From: Desulfobacterales bacterium | GTDB taxonomy: Bacteria; Desulfobacterota; Desulfobacteria; Desulfobacterales; JAFDDL01 | Assembly: GCA_963675725.2 (NCBI GenBank) | Contig: CAXXXZ010000002.1 | Coordinates: 4,143,979 to 4,207,978, forward strand | Direction of reading: 5' to 3' | DNA: 64,000 nt | In this document: one piece after another, positions 22,188-31,299 of the stretch | Position numbering within the stretch: the first letter of the stretch is position 1 | Layout of the letters: each line of letters starts with the position of its first letter | Translations under genes and position numbers: made by a program | Notes under the pieces: model-generated | Databases searched by the model: none | Told to the model about the DNA's origin: nothing | What the model saw: the letters and a program-made list of their open reading frames with translations, nothing else

Positions 22188-23627
22188 ATGATTCTCCGTA
22201 AGAAAAAGGTTCTGTTCATAACAACAGGCGTGATCACGCTTGTCGTCATAGCGACCATCCTCGCTCTTCTGCTGAGTATACAAGCCTTTAAACCGAAGAT
22301 CGAGGCAGCCGCGTCTACTGCTCTGGGGATGGATGTCCGGATAAAAGGCAGGATGGCCATCGCTTTTTATCCGGGCTTCGGTCTTTCGCTGAAGGAAGTC
22401 AACGTGCGGGACAGTGGACTGGATGTCGTTACGATTGGGGAGGTGAGGATAGGGCTGAAGCTCCTTGCCCTTGCGAGGTTCGAAATCAAGATAATCCAAG
22501 TCGAGCTTGTTAGGCCGGTCTTTTCCATCGTTCGGTCCAAAAACGGGATGTTCAATTTTGAAAAACCAGGACGCACGTCATGGGAAAAGCTTTTTACCAT
22601 GAAAAAGATATCCGTCTCTCAGGGGAGCCTTGTTTATATTGATGAAACATCCAGCGAAAAGATCGAAGTCGATGACTTGGATGCGAGCATAAGAAACCTT
22701 TTTTTCAGCGGGACGGACGACTCGGAACCATTCAAGAACATCTCATTTACTGGGGATACCAGATGCAAGACACTCAAGACCCATAATTTTACCCTGATGA
22801 ACCTCGTGATGAACGCCATAGGTGAAAAAGGAATATTCGATATCAATCCGGTCAGTATGAACATCTTCGGTGGAACGGGGAACGGAAGCCTTCATGTGGA
22901 CGTTACGGGACCATCGCCTCATTACAGGGCAATCTATACTCTTGATCGGGCCAGAATCGAAGAACTTCTTCAGCAATACTCGTTCAAGCATTCCCCCCAG
23001 AAGACCATAGAAGGGCCGATCAACTTTTCCGCGGATCTGACGGCAATAGGGAAGACTGCAGATGCAGTGAAGCGATCGCTTAACGGCGACCTTTCTTTGA
23101 ATGGACAGAACCTGATGCTTTACAACATCGATATCGATGCGCTTATCATGAAGTACGAACGAAGCCAAAACTTTAACCTCATGGATGTGGGGGCGATTTT
23201 GATCGCGGGGCCTTTCGGGCCATTACTTACCAAGAGCTACCATTTTACAAGCCTGTACGAAGAGTCGCAGGGCGGAAAAGGGATCATCAGAAAACTCGTC
23301 TCAGTGTGGGAGGTACAAAACGGCTTTGCCGAGGCGCGCGATGTAGCCATTTCCTCAACAAAGCAGAGGATCGCCATAAAAGGGGGATTGAACTTCATAA
23401 ACGAGCGGTTTGTCGACGTAACCGTAGCTGCCATCGATAAACGAGGGTGCGCCGTTTACAGCGAGAATGTGCACGGGTCCTTCCGTAAACCGCAGATTGA
23501 GAAGGAAAGTATCTTTAAGTCAATTGCCGGATCCGTATTGAATCCGCTGGAGGATGCGTGGGAATTCATTCAGGGCGAAGAGTGCACGGTATTTTACTCA
23601 GGTTCCGTAGCGCACCCGGAGGGTTAA
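22188..23627 (+). CDS. AsmA-family outer-membrane biogenesis protein
   Basis: N-terminal anchor VLFITTGVITLVVIATILALL, followed by a long beta-rich body. AsmA-like N-terminal and C-terminal segments recognised by eye. Confidence 0.65.
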   Translation: MILRKKKVLFITTGVITLVVIATILALLLSIQAFKPKIEAAASTALGMDVRIKGRMAIAFYPGFGLSLKEVNVRDSGLDVVTIGEVRIGLKLLALARFEIKIIQVELVRPVFSIVRSKNGMFNFEKPGRTSWEKLFTMKKISVSQGSLVYIDETSSEKIEVDDLDASIRNLFFSGTDDSEPFKNISFTGDTRCKTLKTHNFTLMNLVMNAIGEKGIFDINPVSMNIFGGTGNGSLHVDVTGPSPHYRAIYTLDRARIEELLQQYSFKHSPQKTIEGPINFSADLTAIGKTADAVKRSLNGDLSLNGQNLMLYNIDIDALIMKYERSQNFNLMDVGAILIAGPFGPLLTKSYHFTSLYEESQGGKGIIRKLVSVWEVQNGFAEARDVAISSTKQRIAIKGGLNFINERFVDVTVAAIDKRGCAVYSENVHGSFRKPQIEKESIFKSIAGSVLNPLEDAWEFIQGEECTVFYSGSVAHPEG

Positions 23628-23991
23628 CACAGAGTTTAAAAGTGTGTATCTATTTGAGTTAGGAAGGAGGGGGCGAGATGACTGTAGCATAGATGTGCCA
23701 CGGAGGTTTTTTTACCCTTGCAAAAGCTCAATTTCACAATTAAAGCGCTTCCGGACAGTGGCTGGAGGATAGTGTTTTGTAATCTCCAGTTTCTATTCAA
23801 TTGTGGACTGACGAATAAGGCTGCGGAATGCGTTGTCGCCGATAGGATCGAGGCCAAGGCAAATCAGGTTCTCAAGACGTTAAAAATCAAATTGAAGCAG
23901 AGAGAACCTCTTGACCATCTTGTAATCAAATCGCAAGGAGTCGGCGGAATATCGATTACGCTCCCGGGCTCACAGGAGAAAGGATTCGATT

Positions 23992-25455
23992 GTGGCTAAA
24001 CAGGCAACCGAACTGAGGTATGCTGTCCGATTTCGTGTGGTCTTCAAATATTTCGGTCAACTATGCCTCGTGCTCGCCGCGCTGTCGCTGGTGCCGTTGG
24101 CGATGTCGCTGATCTTTGGCGACACTCCCATCAGCCTGCGGTATGGCATTGTGATCGGTGGGCTTGCAGCCTCTGGGTTCGGTTTGGCGCGACTGCGCGC
24201 CCCTTCCAGGGTGCAGGCCAATGAAGGCATGGTGTTGGTCGCGCTGATGTTTTTATTCACTCCGCTCGTAATGTCCTACCCGATGATGGGCTCGGGGTTA
24301 GGGTTTCTGGATGCTGTCTTCGAAGCCATCTCCGGCGTGACGACGACGGGTCTGAGTACGAAGGCGACGCTCGTTGGCGCGTCGCAGACGTTCCTTTTTG
24401 CCCGCGCCTGGATGCAATGGTACGGTGGGCTGGGCGTCGTCGTACTTTCACTGGCGCTCATTATGCAACCGGGTCTGGTTGCAAAGGGCCTGGCCGTCAC
24501 AGAGACCGAAACTGACGATTTGGTCGGTGGCACGCGTGCACACGCGCGACGAGCCATGAAAGTCTATGGTGTTTTGACCGCCCTGGGCATCATCGGTTCC
24601 TTGGCGTTGGGAGTCGGGTTTTTCGACGCGGTGTTGTATACATTTGCGGCGGTCTCGACCGGAGGCTTTGCCCCGTATGACGGCAGCCTCGCGACGTTCG
24701 GCTGGCCGGCACAGGTGTGGATTACCCTGCTGTGCCTCGCCGGTGCGATTCCGCTGGCGTTCTATTACCGAATGTTAAAGGAAAAGCGGCGCGTTGCAGT
24801 GGACTTTCTGCAACTCCTGGCCGTCATAATCGCTGCCCTGGTCGTTTCGCTGGCGGTGGGCGCCGCCATGCGGCTGAGCGCCGGTATGGCTTGGTCGCAG
24901 GTACTCCGCCACGCGCCTTTGCTCGCCCTTTCCGCGCAGACAACCGCGGGATTTTCCTCGATGCCGTGTGCGCAGCTCGATGCGGGATCGAAACTGGTCC
25001 TGATATTCTCGATGCTTGTGGGCGGAGGCGCAGGGTCGACCGCGGGCGGATTCAAGCTGTTGCGGCTGTTGATCGCGTTAAGTGTGTTTCGGTTGATCCT
25101 CCTGCGGACCTGCCTGCCGAAACATGCCGTCATCGAACCCCGGCTGGCAGGCCGCCGACTGATGGCTGACGAGATCCACGCGGCCCTTCTGCTCATCGTG
25201 CTATTCGTCGCCGTCGTCACGTTGTCCTGGCTGCCCTTTGTTGTAATGGGATACAGCCCGATCGACTCCTTGTTTGAAGTGGTTTCGGCGACTGGAACGG
25301 CAGGGCTTTCGGTTGGGTTGACGAGTGCAACATTGCCCGCACTGCTTAAGGGTGTTTTGTGTTTTGACATGCTGATGGGAAGACTTGAAATAATGGCGTG
25401 GTTTGTGCTGCTGTACCCTGGAACCTGGTTTGGCAGGAGAATGGAGGGAACATGA
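23992..25455 (+). CDS. trkH: TrkH/KtrB-family potassium uptake membrane subunit
   Basis: Repeated pore-loop motifs (SGVTTTGLS, AVSTGGFAP, AQTTAGFSS, SATGTAGLS). GTG start. Visibly higher G+C than the neighbouring genes. Confidence 0.88.
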   Translation: MAKQATELRYAVRFRVVFKYFGQLCLVLAALSLVPLAMSLIFGDTPISLRYGIVIGGLAASGFGLARLRAPSRVQANEGMVLVALMFLFTPLVMSYPMMGSGLGFLDAVFEAISGVTTTGLSTKATLVGASQTFLFARAWMQWYGGLGVVVLSLALIMQPGLVAKGLAVTETETDDLVGGTRAHARRAMKVYGVLTALGIIGSLALGVGFFDAVLYTFAAVSTGGFAPYDGSLATFGWPAQVWITLLCLAGAIPLAFYYRMLKEKRRVAVDFLQLLAVIIAALVVSLAVGAAMRLSAGMAWSQVLRHAPLLALSAQTTAGFSSMPCAQLDAGSKLVLIFSMLVGGGAGSTAGGFKLLRLLIALSVFRLILLRTCLPKHAVIEPRLAGRRLMADEIHAALLLIVLFVAVVTLSWLPFVVMGYSPIDSLFEVVSATGTAGLSVGLTSATLPALLKGVLCFDMLMGRLEIMAWFVLLYPGTWFGRRMEGT

Positions 25456-26153
25456 GAACTGTGTTTATTGGAGCTGGCGAAGTCGGCATCGAAACCGCTA
25501 AGGCGCTCGTCAAAAAGGGCCACGAAGTCATCATCATCGAGTCCGACAAGGCCAAGATCGACGAATTGTCTGAAGAGATGGACTGTAGCTTCCTGCAAGG
25601 CGATGGCAGCCGGCCCGACATCCTGCGCGAGGTGAATCCCGAACAGACCGACATCTTGTTCTGCTTGACCGATAGCGACCAAGCCAATGTCATTGCCAGC
25701 CTCGTCGGCCGCTCCCTCGGATTCAAGCGCGTCGTGACGAGCATTCGCGATGAGCAATTCGAGGTCATCTGCCACGAGTTGGGGTTGAAGGACACGATCA
25801 TCCCATCCCGCACGATCAGTCGTTACCTAGAAGACATGGTCGGCGGCAGTAAAAACGTCGAGTTGTCCACGGTTCTCAAAGACGAGGCTCGGTTTTTCAC
25901 GTTCGCCGCTAAGGAAGAAGATGCTATCGTCGTTAAAGAGCTAAAGCTGCCTGCGGATGCCCGCGTCGTTTGCTATTATCGGGAGGACAAGTTCGCGCAT
26001 GCCGATGAGGAGACCACGCTGCACGCAGGTGATGAGATCGTGATTCTGACACACAGCAAGAACTTGGGCGAATTGGAAAAACGTTGGCAGCCAAAGCAAC
26101 GGGAGGAGAAGCCTTCGGATTCGGTCGACAGCAAGAAGAGCAACCAGAAGTGA
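25452..26153 (+). CDS. trkA: TrkA/KtrA-type potassium uptake regulatory subunit (single RCK unit)
   Basis: Rossmann fold VFIGAGEVGIETAKALVKKGHEVIIIESD, then a TrkA-C domain. ATGA overlap with trkH. Confidence 0.88.
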   Translation: MRTVFIGAGEVGIETAKALVKKGHEVIIIESDKAKIDELSEEMDCSFLQGDGSRPDILREVNPEQTDILFCLTDSDQANVIASLVGRSLGFKRVVTSIRDEQFEVICHELGLKDTIIPSRTISRYLEDMVGGSKNVELSTVLKDEARFFTFAAKEEDAIVVKELKLPADARVVCYYREDKFAHADEETTLHAGDEIVILTHSKNLGELEKRWQPKQREEKPSDSVDSKKSNQK

Positions 26154-26292
26154 CCGGTCAACATGGTAGGCGAAACCATTTTTATTGTGCTGTTCGTTGT
26201 GGCCACAGCTGCTGTGATTGCAGTGCAACGTTTGGCCGCGTCGCAAGTAATCAGCGATGATTGAACTCACGCTGATCACGATTACCGCTTAA

Positions 26293-26367
26293 ACCACGGC
26301 GGCCATGAGTCTCAGTTCCGTTTCTGTTATCGGCAATGCTATTCGGTTGTGCAAAGTAAAGATTTGA
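26293..26367 (+). pseudogene. 3'-terminal remnant of a heavy-metal P-type ATPase gene
   Basis: Translates to AAMSLSSVSVIGNAIRLCKVKI*, the conserved last TM/tail of CopA-type ATPases. An in-frame stop lies immediately upstream. Confidence 0.65.
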
Positions 26368-26403
26368 TGCGTTTTCAGGTACTTAAAGGCTATATTTCTT
26401 GCA

Positions 26404-26497
26404 AGTGAGCGGCGAAAACAGTGCCTCTGAAATCCTCGGCCTCGACCGCAGCACCTTGCGCGCCCGCATGCGTAAGCTCAATATCTCAAAACCATAA
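26404..26497 (+). pseudogene. 3' remnant (HTH) of a second copy of the sigma54 activator gene
   Basis: Near-identical at the nucleotide level to 19318-19407 (cagtgcctctgaaatcctcggcctcga..gcaccttgcg.gcccgcatgcgtaagctcaatat). No upstream AAA+ region. Confidence 0.85.
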
Positions 26498-26562
26498 ATT
26501 CTCACCCCAAATTCAATCTGTCTCGATAATTTGCCGTCCATAACATCAAGACGATCTGAAAA

Positions 26563-26595
26563 GGGTCATATTTAACCGCTGGTACAATATGACCC
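26563..26595. promoter_or_regulatory. palindromic upstream activator sequence (cassette copy 2)
   Basis: Perfect GGGTCATAT-N15-ATATGACCC. Confidence 0.7.
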
Positions 26596-26695
26596 TTTTC
26601 ATATGGCTGTTCATGACTGTCATTTACAGGCGGTGCAACCTAATTTTTCTTAAATATCAGGAGGATGAGTGACGCGGCACTGAATTTTATAAACC

Positions 26696-26713
26696 CGGCA
26701 CAAAGAATGCACT
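26696..26713 (+). promoter_or_regulatory. sigma54 (-24/-12) promoter, cassette copy 2
   Basis: CCGGCACAAAGAATGCAC with GG-N10-GC spacing, 118 bp downstream of the UAS centre. Confidence 0.8.
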
Positions 26714-26832
26714 TAAATAGCAGATAATGACCTGAAAAGAAGCAACATGTTTCGATACCGAAGCGTTTGCCATGAAAAACAAACGAAACGCATGCGAAGA
26801 AAAACTCGATGGATAGTCAAAGGAGGCATGTC

Positions 26833-27081
26833 ATGCAGAATAAAACTGAATTATGCGAAAAGATCAAAGCCATCTATCCGGATGTCGGAGAATGCGGCGT
26901 TGATATTACGGTTGACTATGATGAGACCAAGAAGGCTTGGATTGTCGATCTCAAAAAGGGCGAACACCGGCTTAAAACTTACCTGGAACCCGCAGATGCC
27001 GACCTGTGTATGGCCGGCAAGCAATGTGTAGGCCTGGGGATTCAAATCGCACAACTCAGATCTAATATCGAGCAAATGTAG
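26833..27081 (+). CDS. small acidic 4-Cys protein of unknown function
   Basis: 82 aa. AGGAGG lies 6 nt upstream of ATG 26833. Preferred over the overlapping basic 26747 frame on composition and RBS spacing. Confidence 0.6.
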   Translation: MQNKTELCEKIKAIYPDVGECGVDITVDYDETKKAWIVDLKKGEHRLKTYLEPADADLCMAGKQCVGLGIQIAQLRSNIEQM

Positions 27082-27186
27082 CCCTGTATCAGGTATAGCC
27101 GGAAGTCGACAGTCAGCAGTCGACAGCAGAAGATTGTATCCGATTTCGGATTCTATAGCCACCGGCACGGAAAGGAGCCTGCAGGA

Positions 27187-28665
27187 ATGAACATTCTCCT
27201 TATTTACCCAAAATTTCCGGATACTTTCTGGTCGTTTACCTATGCGTTAAGTTTTATTGGAAAGAAAGCGGCCTTCCCGCCGCTGGGCCTGCTTACCGTT
27301 GCGTCCCTGTTACCGGCTGTCTGGCCCAAACGCCTTGTGGACGTAAATATAGAAAGCCTTGCGGATAAAGACCTCTTGTGGGCGGATATGGCCTTAATCG
27401 GAGGCATGGCGGTTCAGCGAAAATCGGCAAAACAAATTATCGCCCGTTGTAATGCCTTGAATTTAAAAGTTGTTGCCGGAGGACCGCTTTTTACTTCCGA
27501 ACCCGATGAATTCAAAAACGTGAATCATCTCGTCCTCGACGAAGCGGAACTCACGTTACCTGCCTTTTTATCGGACCTGCAAAACGGACAGCCTAAAAAG
27601 ATCTACAGGGCTTCGGGTTTCTGCGATCTTGTCGACACGCCGAATCCGATGTGGGATCTGATAAAAATGAAACGATATGCGTCCCTGAACATTCAGTTTT
27701 CCAGAGGCTGCCCGTTCAACTGCGAATTTTGCAACGTGACGACGCTGTTCGGTCATCGGCCCCGTATAAAAACACCTCGGCAAATCATCACGGAACTGGA
27801 CCGTATTTATGCTTCCGGCTGGCGCGGCAGCATATTTTTTGTCGACGACAATTTTATTGGAAATAAGGGCACCCTTAAAACCCATTTACTTCCCGCCCTG
27901 ATCGAATGGCAAAAAAATAAAAAGGGCTGTGTTTTTTTCACGGAGGCCTCCATCAATCTGGCGGATGACCCGGAACTTTTGAATATGATGGTCACGGCCG
28001 GATTCGATTCCGTTTTTATCGGCATCGAGTCGCCCGATGAGTTGAGTCTCACGGAATGTCATAAAACCCAGAATAAAAACCGGGATTTGCTTGAAAGCGT
28101 CAGAATTATTCACCGTTCAGGGTTACAGGTGATGGGTGGTTTTATTGTGGGCTTTGACAGCGATCTGCCCTCAATTTTCCAGCGACAGATCGATTTCATT
28201 CAGAAGAGCGGTATCGTCACGGCAATGGTTGGAATGCTTCAAGCCCCTCCGGGAACCCGTCTCTTTGATCGGCTTCAACGGGAAAGCCGGGTGGTCAATA
28301 CCTTTACCGGAGATAACGTCGATGGAACGACCAATATTATTCCCCGGATGGGCATAGACAAGCTCATGGAAGGGTATCAATCGATTATGAAACAGATTTA
28401 TTCGCCAAAAAATTACTACCGGCGGGTCAGGACGTTATTGAAGGAACTAAAGGCGCCTGCAATTTACCAGCCGCTGAATATTCAGCGCTTCCTTTCCTTC
28501 TTCCGGTCCGCTCTCCGGCTCGGGGTTTTTGGGAAAGAGCGTTTTCGTTACTGGCAGCTGGTGCTCTGGACCCTAAGCTACAAGCCCAGACTGATGTCGG
28601 TGGCCATAACGCTATCCATATATGGTTATCATTACCGTAGAATATGCGAACGATATATTTATTGA
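27187..28665 (+). CDS. B12-binding radical SAM protein (class B, DUF4070-type C-terminus)
   Basis: N-terminal cobalamin-binding fold (MALIGGMAVQ). Cluster motif SRGCPFNCEFC (CxxxCxxC). Confidence 0.85.
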   Translation: MNILLIYPKFPDTFWSFTYALSFIGKKAAFPPLGLLTVASLLPAVWPKRLVDVNIESLADKDLLWADMALIGGMAVQRKSAKQIIARCNALNLKVVAGGPLFTSEPDEFKNVNHLVLDEAELTLPAFLSDLQNGQPKKIYRASGFCDLVDTPNPMWDLIKMKRYASLNIQFSRGCPFNCEFCNVTTLFGHRPRIKTPRQIITELDRIYASGWRGSIFFVDDNFIGNKGTLKTHLLPALIEWQKNKKGCVFFTEASINLADDPELLNMMVTAGFDSVFIGIESPDELSLTECHKTQNKNRDLLESVRIIHRSGLQVMGGFIVGFDSDLPSIFQRQIDFIQKSGIVTAMVGMLQAPPGTRLFDRLQRESRVVNTFTGDNVDGTTNIIPRMGIDKLMEGYQSIMKQIYSPKNYYRRVRTLLKELKAPAIYQPLNIQRFLSFFRSALRLGVFGKERFRYWQLVLWTLSYKPRLMSVAITLSIYGYHYRRICERYIY

Positions 28666-28868
28666 GACAAATTTTGATCTGTTTGATTTGCAGAAGAGGT
28701 GAGCTATTAACGAGGAAAAGTTATAAGAGCCAATTTCAAAACGCCCCCTTTTATCCAATTTCGGTGTCAGACGAAAATTATAATCCTCGGAATACGTTAT
28801 GTATGCCTGTGGTTATAATTTTTGACTTCCTTGAACTTGAATAAAATTGAACATTTTGAAACTGGCTC

Positions 28869-28991
28869 ATGAGTAAAGCAAATTTTATGGGGCGTTTTTT
28901 TATGGGGCTTTTTTTGTTTGCGTTCATCGCAGGCTGCGTCGGCCCACGTCATCAGGAACAATCTTACTTGGTTTTGCAACGAACCATTTGA
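28869..28991 (+). CDS. possible mini-lipoprotein (40 aa, not in ORF track)
   Basis: MSKANFMGRFFMGLFLFAFIAGC with a lipobox. No clear RBS. Confidence 0.25.
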   Translation: MSKANFMGRFFMGLFLFAFIAGCVGPRHQEQSYLVLQRTI

Positions 28992-29010
28992 TGAAAGGGA
29001 CAGAATCCCA

Positions 29011-29205
29011 ATGAATGAACTCTATGAATATCGAGAGAAACTTGAATTTCTGCTCGACAACTGGAACGCCGAGCTTGACAAATTGGAGGATAGTACCGGC
29101 AAGTCCGGCGCTGATCCTAAGGCCGATCACGACGGGATATTATCAGCGTTGCGGCAGAACCGTTATAATGAGATCCCATCTTTGAAAGTGAACAAGCAAA
29201 TATGA
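29011..29205 (+). CDS. coiled-coil protein, apparently a truncated paralog of 31762-32052
   Basis: LDNWNAELDKLE parallels MSEWDAQIDLLK of the 96-aa paralog. The 3' end merges into sequence also found upstream of the 33104 gene. Confidence 0.4.
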   Translation: MNELYEYREKLEFLLDNWNAELDKLEDSTGKSGADPKADHDGILSALRQNRYNEIPSLKVNKQI

Positions 29206-29218
29206 AAGGAAAAGGACC

Positions 29219-29410
29219 ATGCCGCTGATTCATTTAGTAATTACTTTGGTTGTGGTTGGGGTGATTCTTTGGCTGATTAACAGCTACATACCCATGCAGG
29301 CTACCATAAAGAAAATTTTGAATGCCGTAGTGGTTATTGTGGTGGTTCTCTGGCTATTGAGCGTCTTCGGACTCATCGGCCCCATTCAAGGGTTTCGTAT
29401 CGGGAGGTGA
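29219..29410 (+). CDS. Thivi_2564-family small membrane protein
   Basis: MPLIHLVITLVVVGVILWLINSYIPMQATIKKILNAVVVIVVVLWLLSVFGLIGP. A close paralog lies at 33104. Confidence 0.8.
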   Translation: MPLIHLVITLVVVGVILWLINSYIPMQATIKKILNAVVVIVVVLWLLSVFGLIGPIQGFRIGR

Positions 29411-29542
29411 AGAACAGGAAATTTATTCGATACACCGAACAGAAGAAAAACATTCATTTCAAATGTCGCGGGCATCATATTGTCCAATTCAACAAGGCCT
29501 TTTTACAGGCGAGAACATATAAAAACTCAAAGAGTGGAGGGA

Positions 29543-29929
29543 ATGATGAAGACTGGAATTAAAATACAATTCTGTATTCTTGGCTTGGCCTTGCTGACCT
29601 TGACGGCTTGCGGCACAGCCAAGCAACCGCCATTGAGCCAGATGGCTTTGGCTCAGTCAGCCGTGGAAAAAGCTGCATCCGCCGGATCCGGTGAGTATGC
29701 TTCTTTGGACCTAAGGACGGCGCGGGACAAAATCGACCGGGCCAAAACAGCTATACAGTCCAAAGACAAAAACTATTTAACGGCAGAGCGTCTATTGGAA
29801 GAGGCGAAAGTAGATGCGGAGCTGGCGGAAGCCAAATCTAAAACGGCAAAATCCCAAAAAATCGTGGCTGAGCTGAAAGAAAGCATTGATATGCTGAGAG
29901 ACGAAATTCAACGGAACCGTACCCAATAA
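29543..29929 (+). CDS. DUF4398-type lipoprotein
   Basis: Lipobox LTLTAC, then an Ala/Lys/Glu-rich helical body. Paired with a downstream OmpA-family gene, as is typical. Confidence 0.7.
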   Translation: MMKTGIKIQFCILGLALLTLTACGTAKQPPLSQMALAQSAVEKAASAGSGEYASLDLRTARDKIDRAKTAIQSKDKNYLTAERLLEEAKVDAELAEAKSKTAKSQKIVAELKESIDMLRDEIQRNRTQ

Positions 29930-29959
29930 TTGCCGTAAAACAACAATCAGGAGGCGATC

Positions 29960-30940
29960 ATGTCTATATTAATCAGCAAATTCAATGCATTTATCCTCAT
30001 ATCAGGAATTGCGTTGGTGGCCCCGGCGCTTTCAGGATGTGCGCATACCATGAGGACCAATGCCGCTTTGGAAGAAGCCCAGGCCGTCTATCGGACAGCT
30101 CAGGAAAACCCGGATGTTGCCCGAAATGCTTCTCTGGAACTTAAAAAAGCCGAAACGGCACTGAACAAGGCGGAGCAATTGTTACAGCAAAAAGGCGAAA
30201 CGGATGCAATTGAACACCAGGCTTACCTGGCCAAACAGCATGCCTATATATCCGAGGAAATCGGTAAGCAGAAAATGGCAGAGGCGGCGTTAGAGCAGGC
30301 TGGCGCCGAGCGCAACAAAGTTATTCTAGAGGCTCGTACAAAGGAAGCAAAGCTTGCCGAGCGGAACGCTTCTGCTGAAAAAGCAGCCGCACTGAAAGCC
30401 ATGGAAGATGCCAAAGCGCAGAAAGCCGCCGCATTAAACGCCATGGAGGAAGCGGAAGTGCAAAAAGCCGCCGCCGAATCAGCCATGGCGGAAGCAGCAG
30501 CGGCAAACGATAAATCTTTAAAGCTCGAACAGGAGATCGCGAAACTGAAGGCAATAAAGGCGGACCGAGGTCTGGTCATAACCCTTGGAGATGTCGTCTT
30601 CGACGTGAACAAGTCTGACCTGAAGACGGGAGGCGTCTCGGCCGTTGGGAAAATAGTTGCATTCCTTAAGGAATATCCAACCCGGGGTGTAATGATTGAA
30701 GGATTCACGGATAGTACCGGGGAGTTGGAGTACAACCAGGCTTTGTCTGAAAGGCGTGCGCTTGCGGTACGCCGGGTCTTCCAAACCAACGGCATCGAAT
30801 CTGCTCGCACTGATTTTATAGGTTACGGGGAAGATTTCCCGGTAGCAACCAATGAGACGGCGGCAGGCCGCCAGATGAACCGTAGGGTCGAGATCATTAT
30901 TTCCGATGAAGCGGGAGTCATACCTGTACGTGTGAAATAG
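29960..30940 (+). CDS. OmpA-family lipoprotein with DUF4398-like N-terminus and Ala-rich repeat linker
   Basis: Lipobox LSGC. Repeats AAALKAMEDAKAQKAAALNAMEEAEVQKAAAESAMAEAAAA. OmpA_C motifs GFTDSTG...NQALSERRA...NRRVEI. Confidence 0.88.
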   Translation: MSILISKFNAFILISGIALVAPALSGCAHTMRTNAALEEAQAVYRTAQENPDVARNASLELKKAETALNKAEQLLQQKGETDAIEHQAYLAKQHAYISEEIGKQKMAEAALEQAGAERNKVILEARTKEAKLAERNASAEKAAALKAMEDAKAQKAAALNAMEEAEVQKAAAESAMAEAAAANDKSLKLEQEIAKLKAIKADRGLVITLGDVVFDVNKSDLKTGGVSAVGKIVAFLKEYPTRGVMIEGFTDSTGELEYNQALSERRALAVRRVFQTNGIESARTDFIGYGEDFPVATNETAAGRQMNRRVEIIISDEAGVIPVRVK

Positions 30941-31015
30941 AAAAAAGCGTTTAGAACATCCTATGGCAGGGAATCTTAATTCAAATACCAAAATTGACAA
31001 AGAAATGGAGAAATC

Positions 31016-31225
31016 ATGATTCTTAAAAAATTATTAACAATTATGGCCTTAATTCTATCCATGTTTGCATTTACCGCCTGTGAATCGAAAGGGCCTGTAG
31101 AAAGAGCCGGTGAAAAAATCGACCAGGCTGTTCAAAAAACCACTGAAAAAGCAAAAGAAGTAACCGAAGCCGTAAAGGAAAAAGCCGAAGAAGCCGGGGA
31201 AGAGGTAAAAAAGGCAACTCAGTAA
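31016..31225 (+). CDS. small Lys/Glu-rich lipoprotein
   Basis: Lipobox FTAC, followed by KEVTEAVKEKAEEAGEEVKKATQ. Confidence 0.65.
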   Translation: MILKKLLTIMALILSMFAFTACESKGPVERAGEKIDQAVQKTTEKAKEVTEAVKEKAEEAGEEVKKATQ

Positions 31226-31299
31226 ACCCCAACGTTGAAAGTCCGGGGGTATTTAAACTAAACCTCCCATCAGCTAAAAAAGCATTTTCGGAGCAGTCA

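Noticed and set aside
23636-23991. Possible riboswitch (e.g. c-di-AMP ydaO class) in the 360-bp leader of trkH.
   Set aside because: I could not find the conserved ydaO core segments (GGGGACCC / GGTGAATC / CCGAATCC-type) by eye. An Rfam/Infernal scan would be needed to exclude it properly.
24765-25775. Long antisense ORFs inside coding regions. Examples: 336 aa at 24765-25775, 451 aa at 60476-61831, 231 aa at 2565-3260, 246 aa at 11054-11794 and 228 aa at 11740-12426.
   Set aside because: Each lies opposite a gene with strong family motifs (trkH/trkA, AOR, clsB, cbpM/groEL). They have biased Arg/Ser/Pro composition and no RBS or motif, so they are typical shadow ORFs.
26747-27031. Track ORF of 94 aa overlapping the small 4-Cys protein.
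   Set aside because: It is highly basic and low-complexity, and its internal ATG sits only 1 nt from the AGGAGG. The 26833 frame has proper RBS spacing and globular composition.
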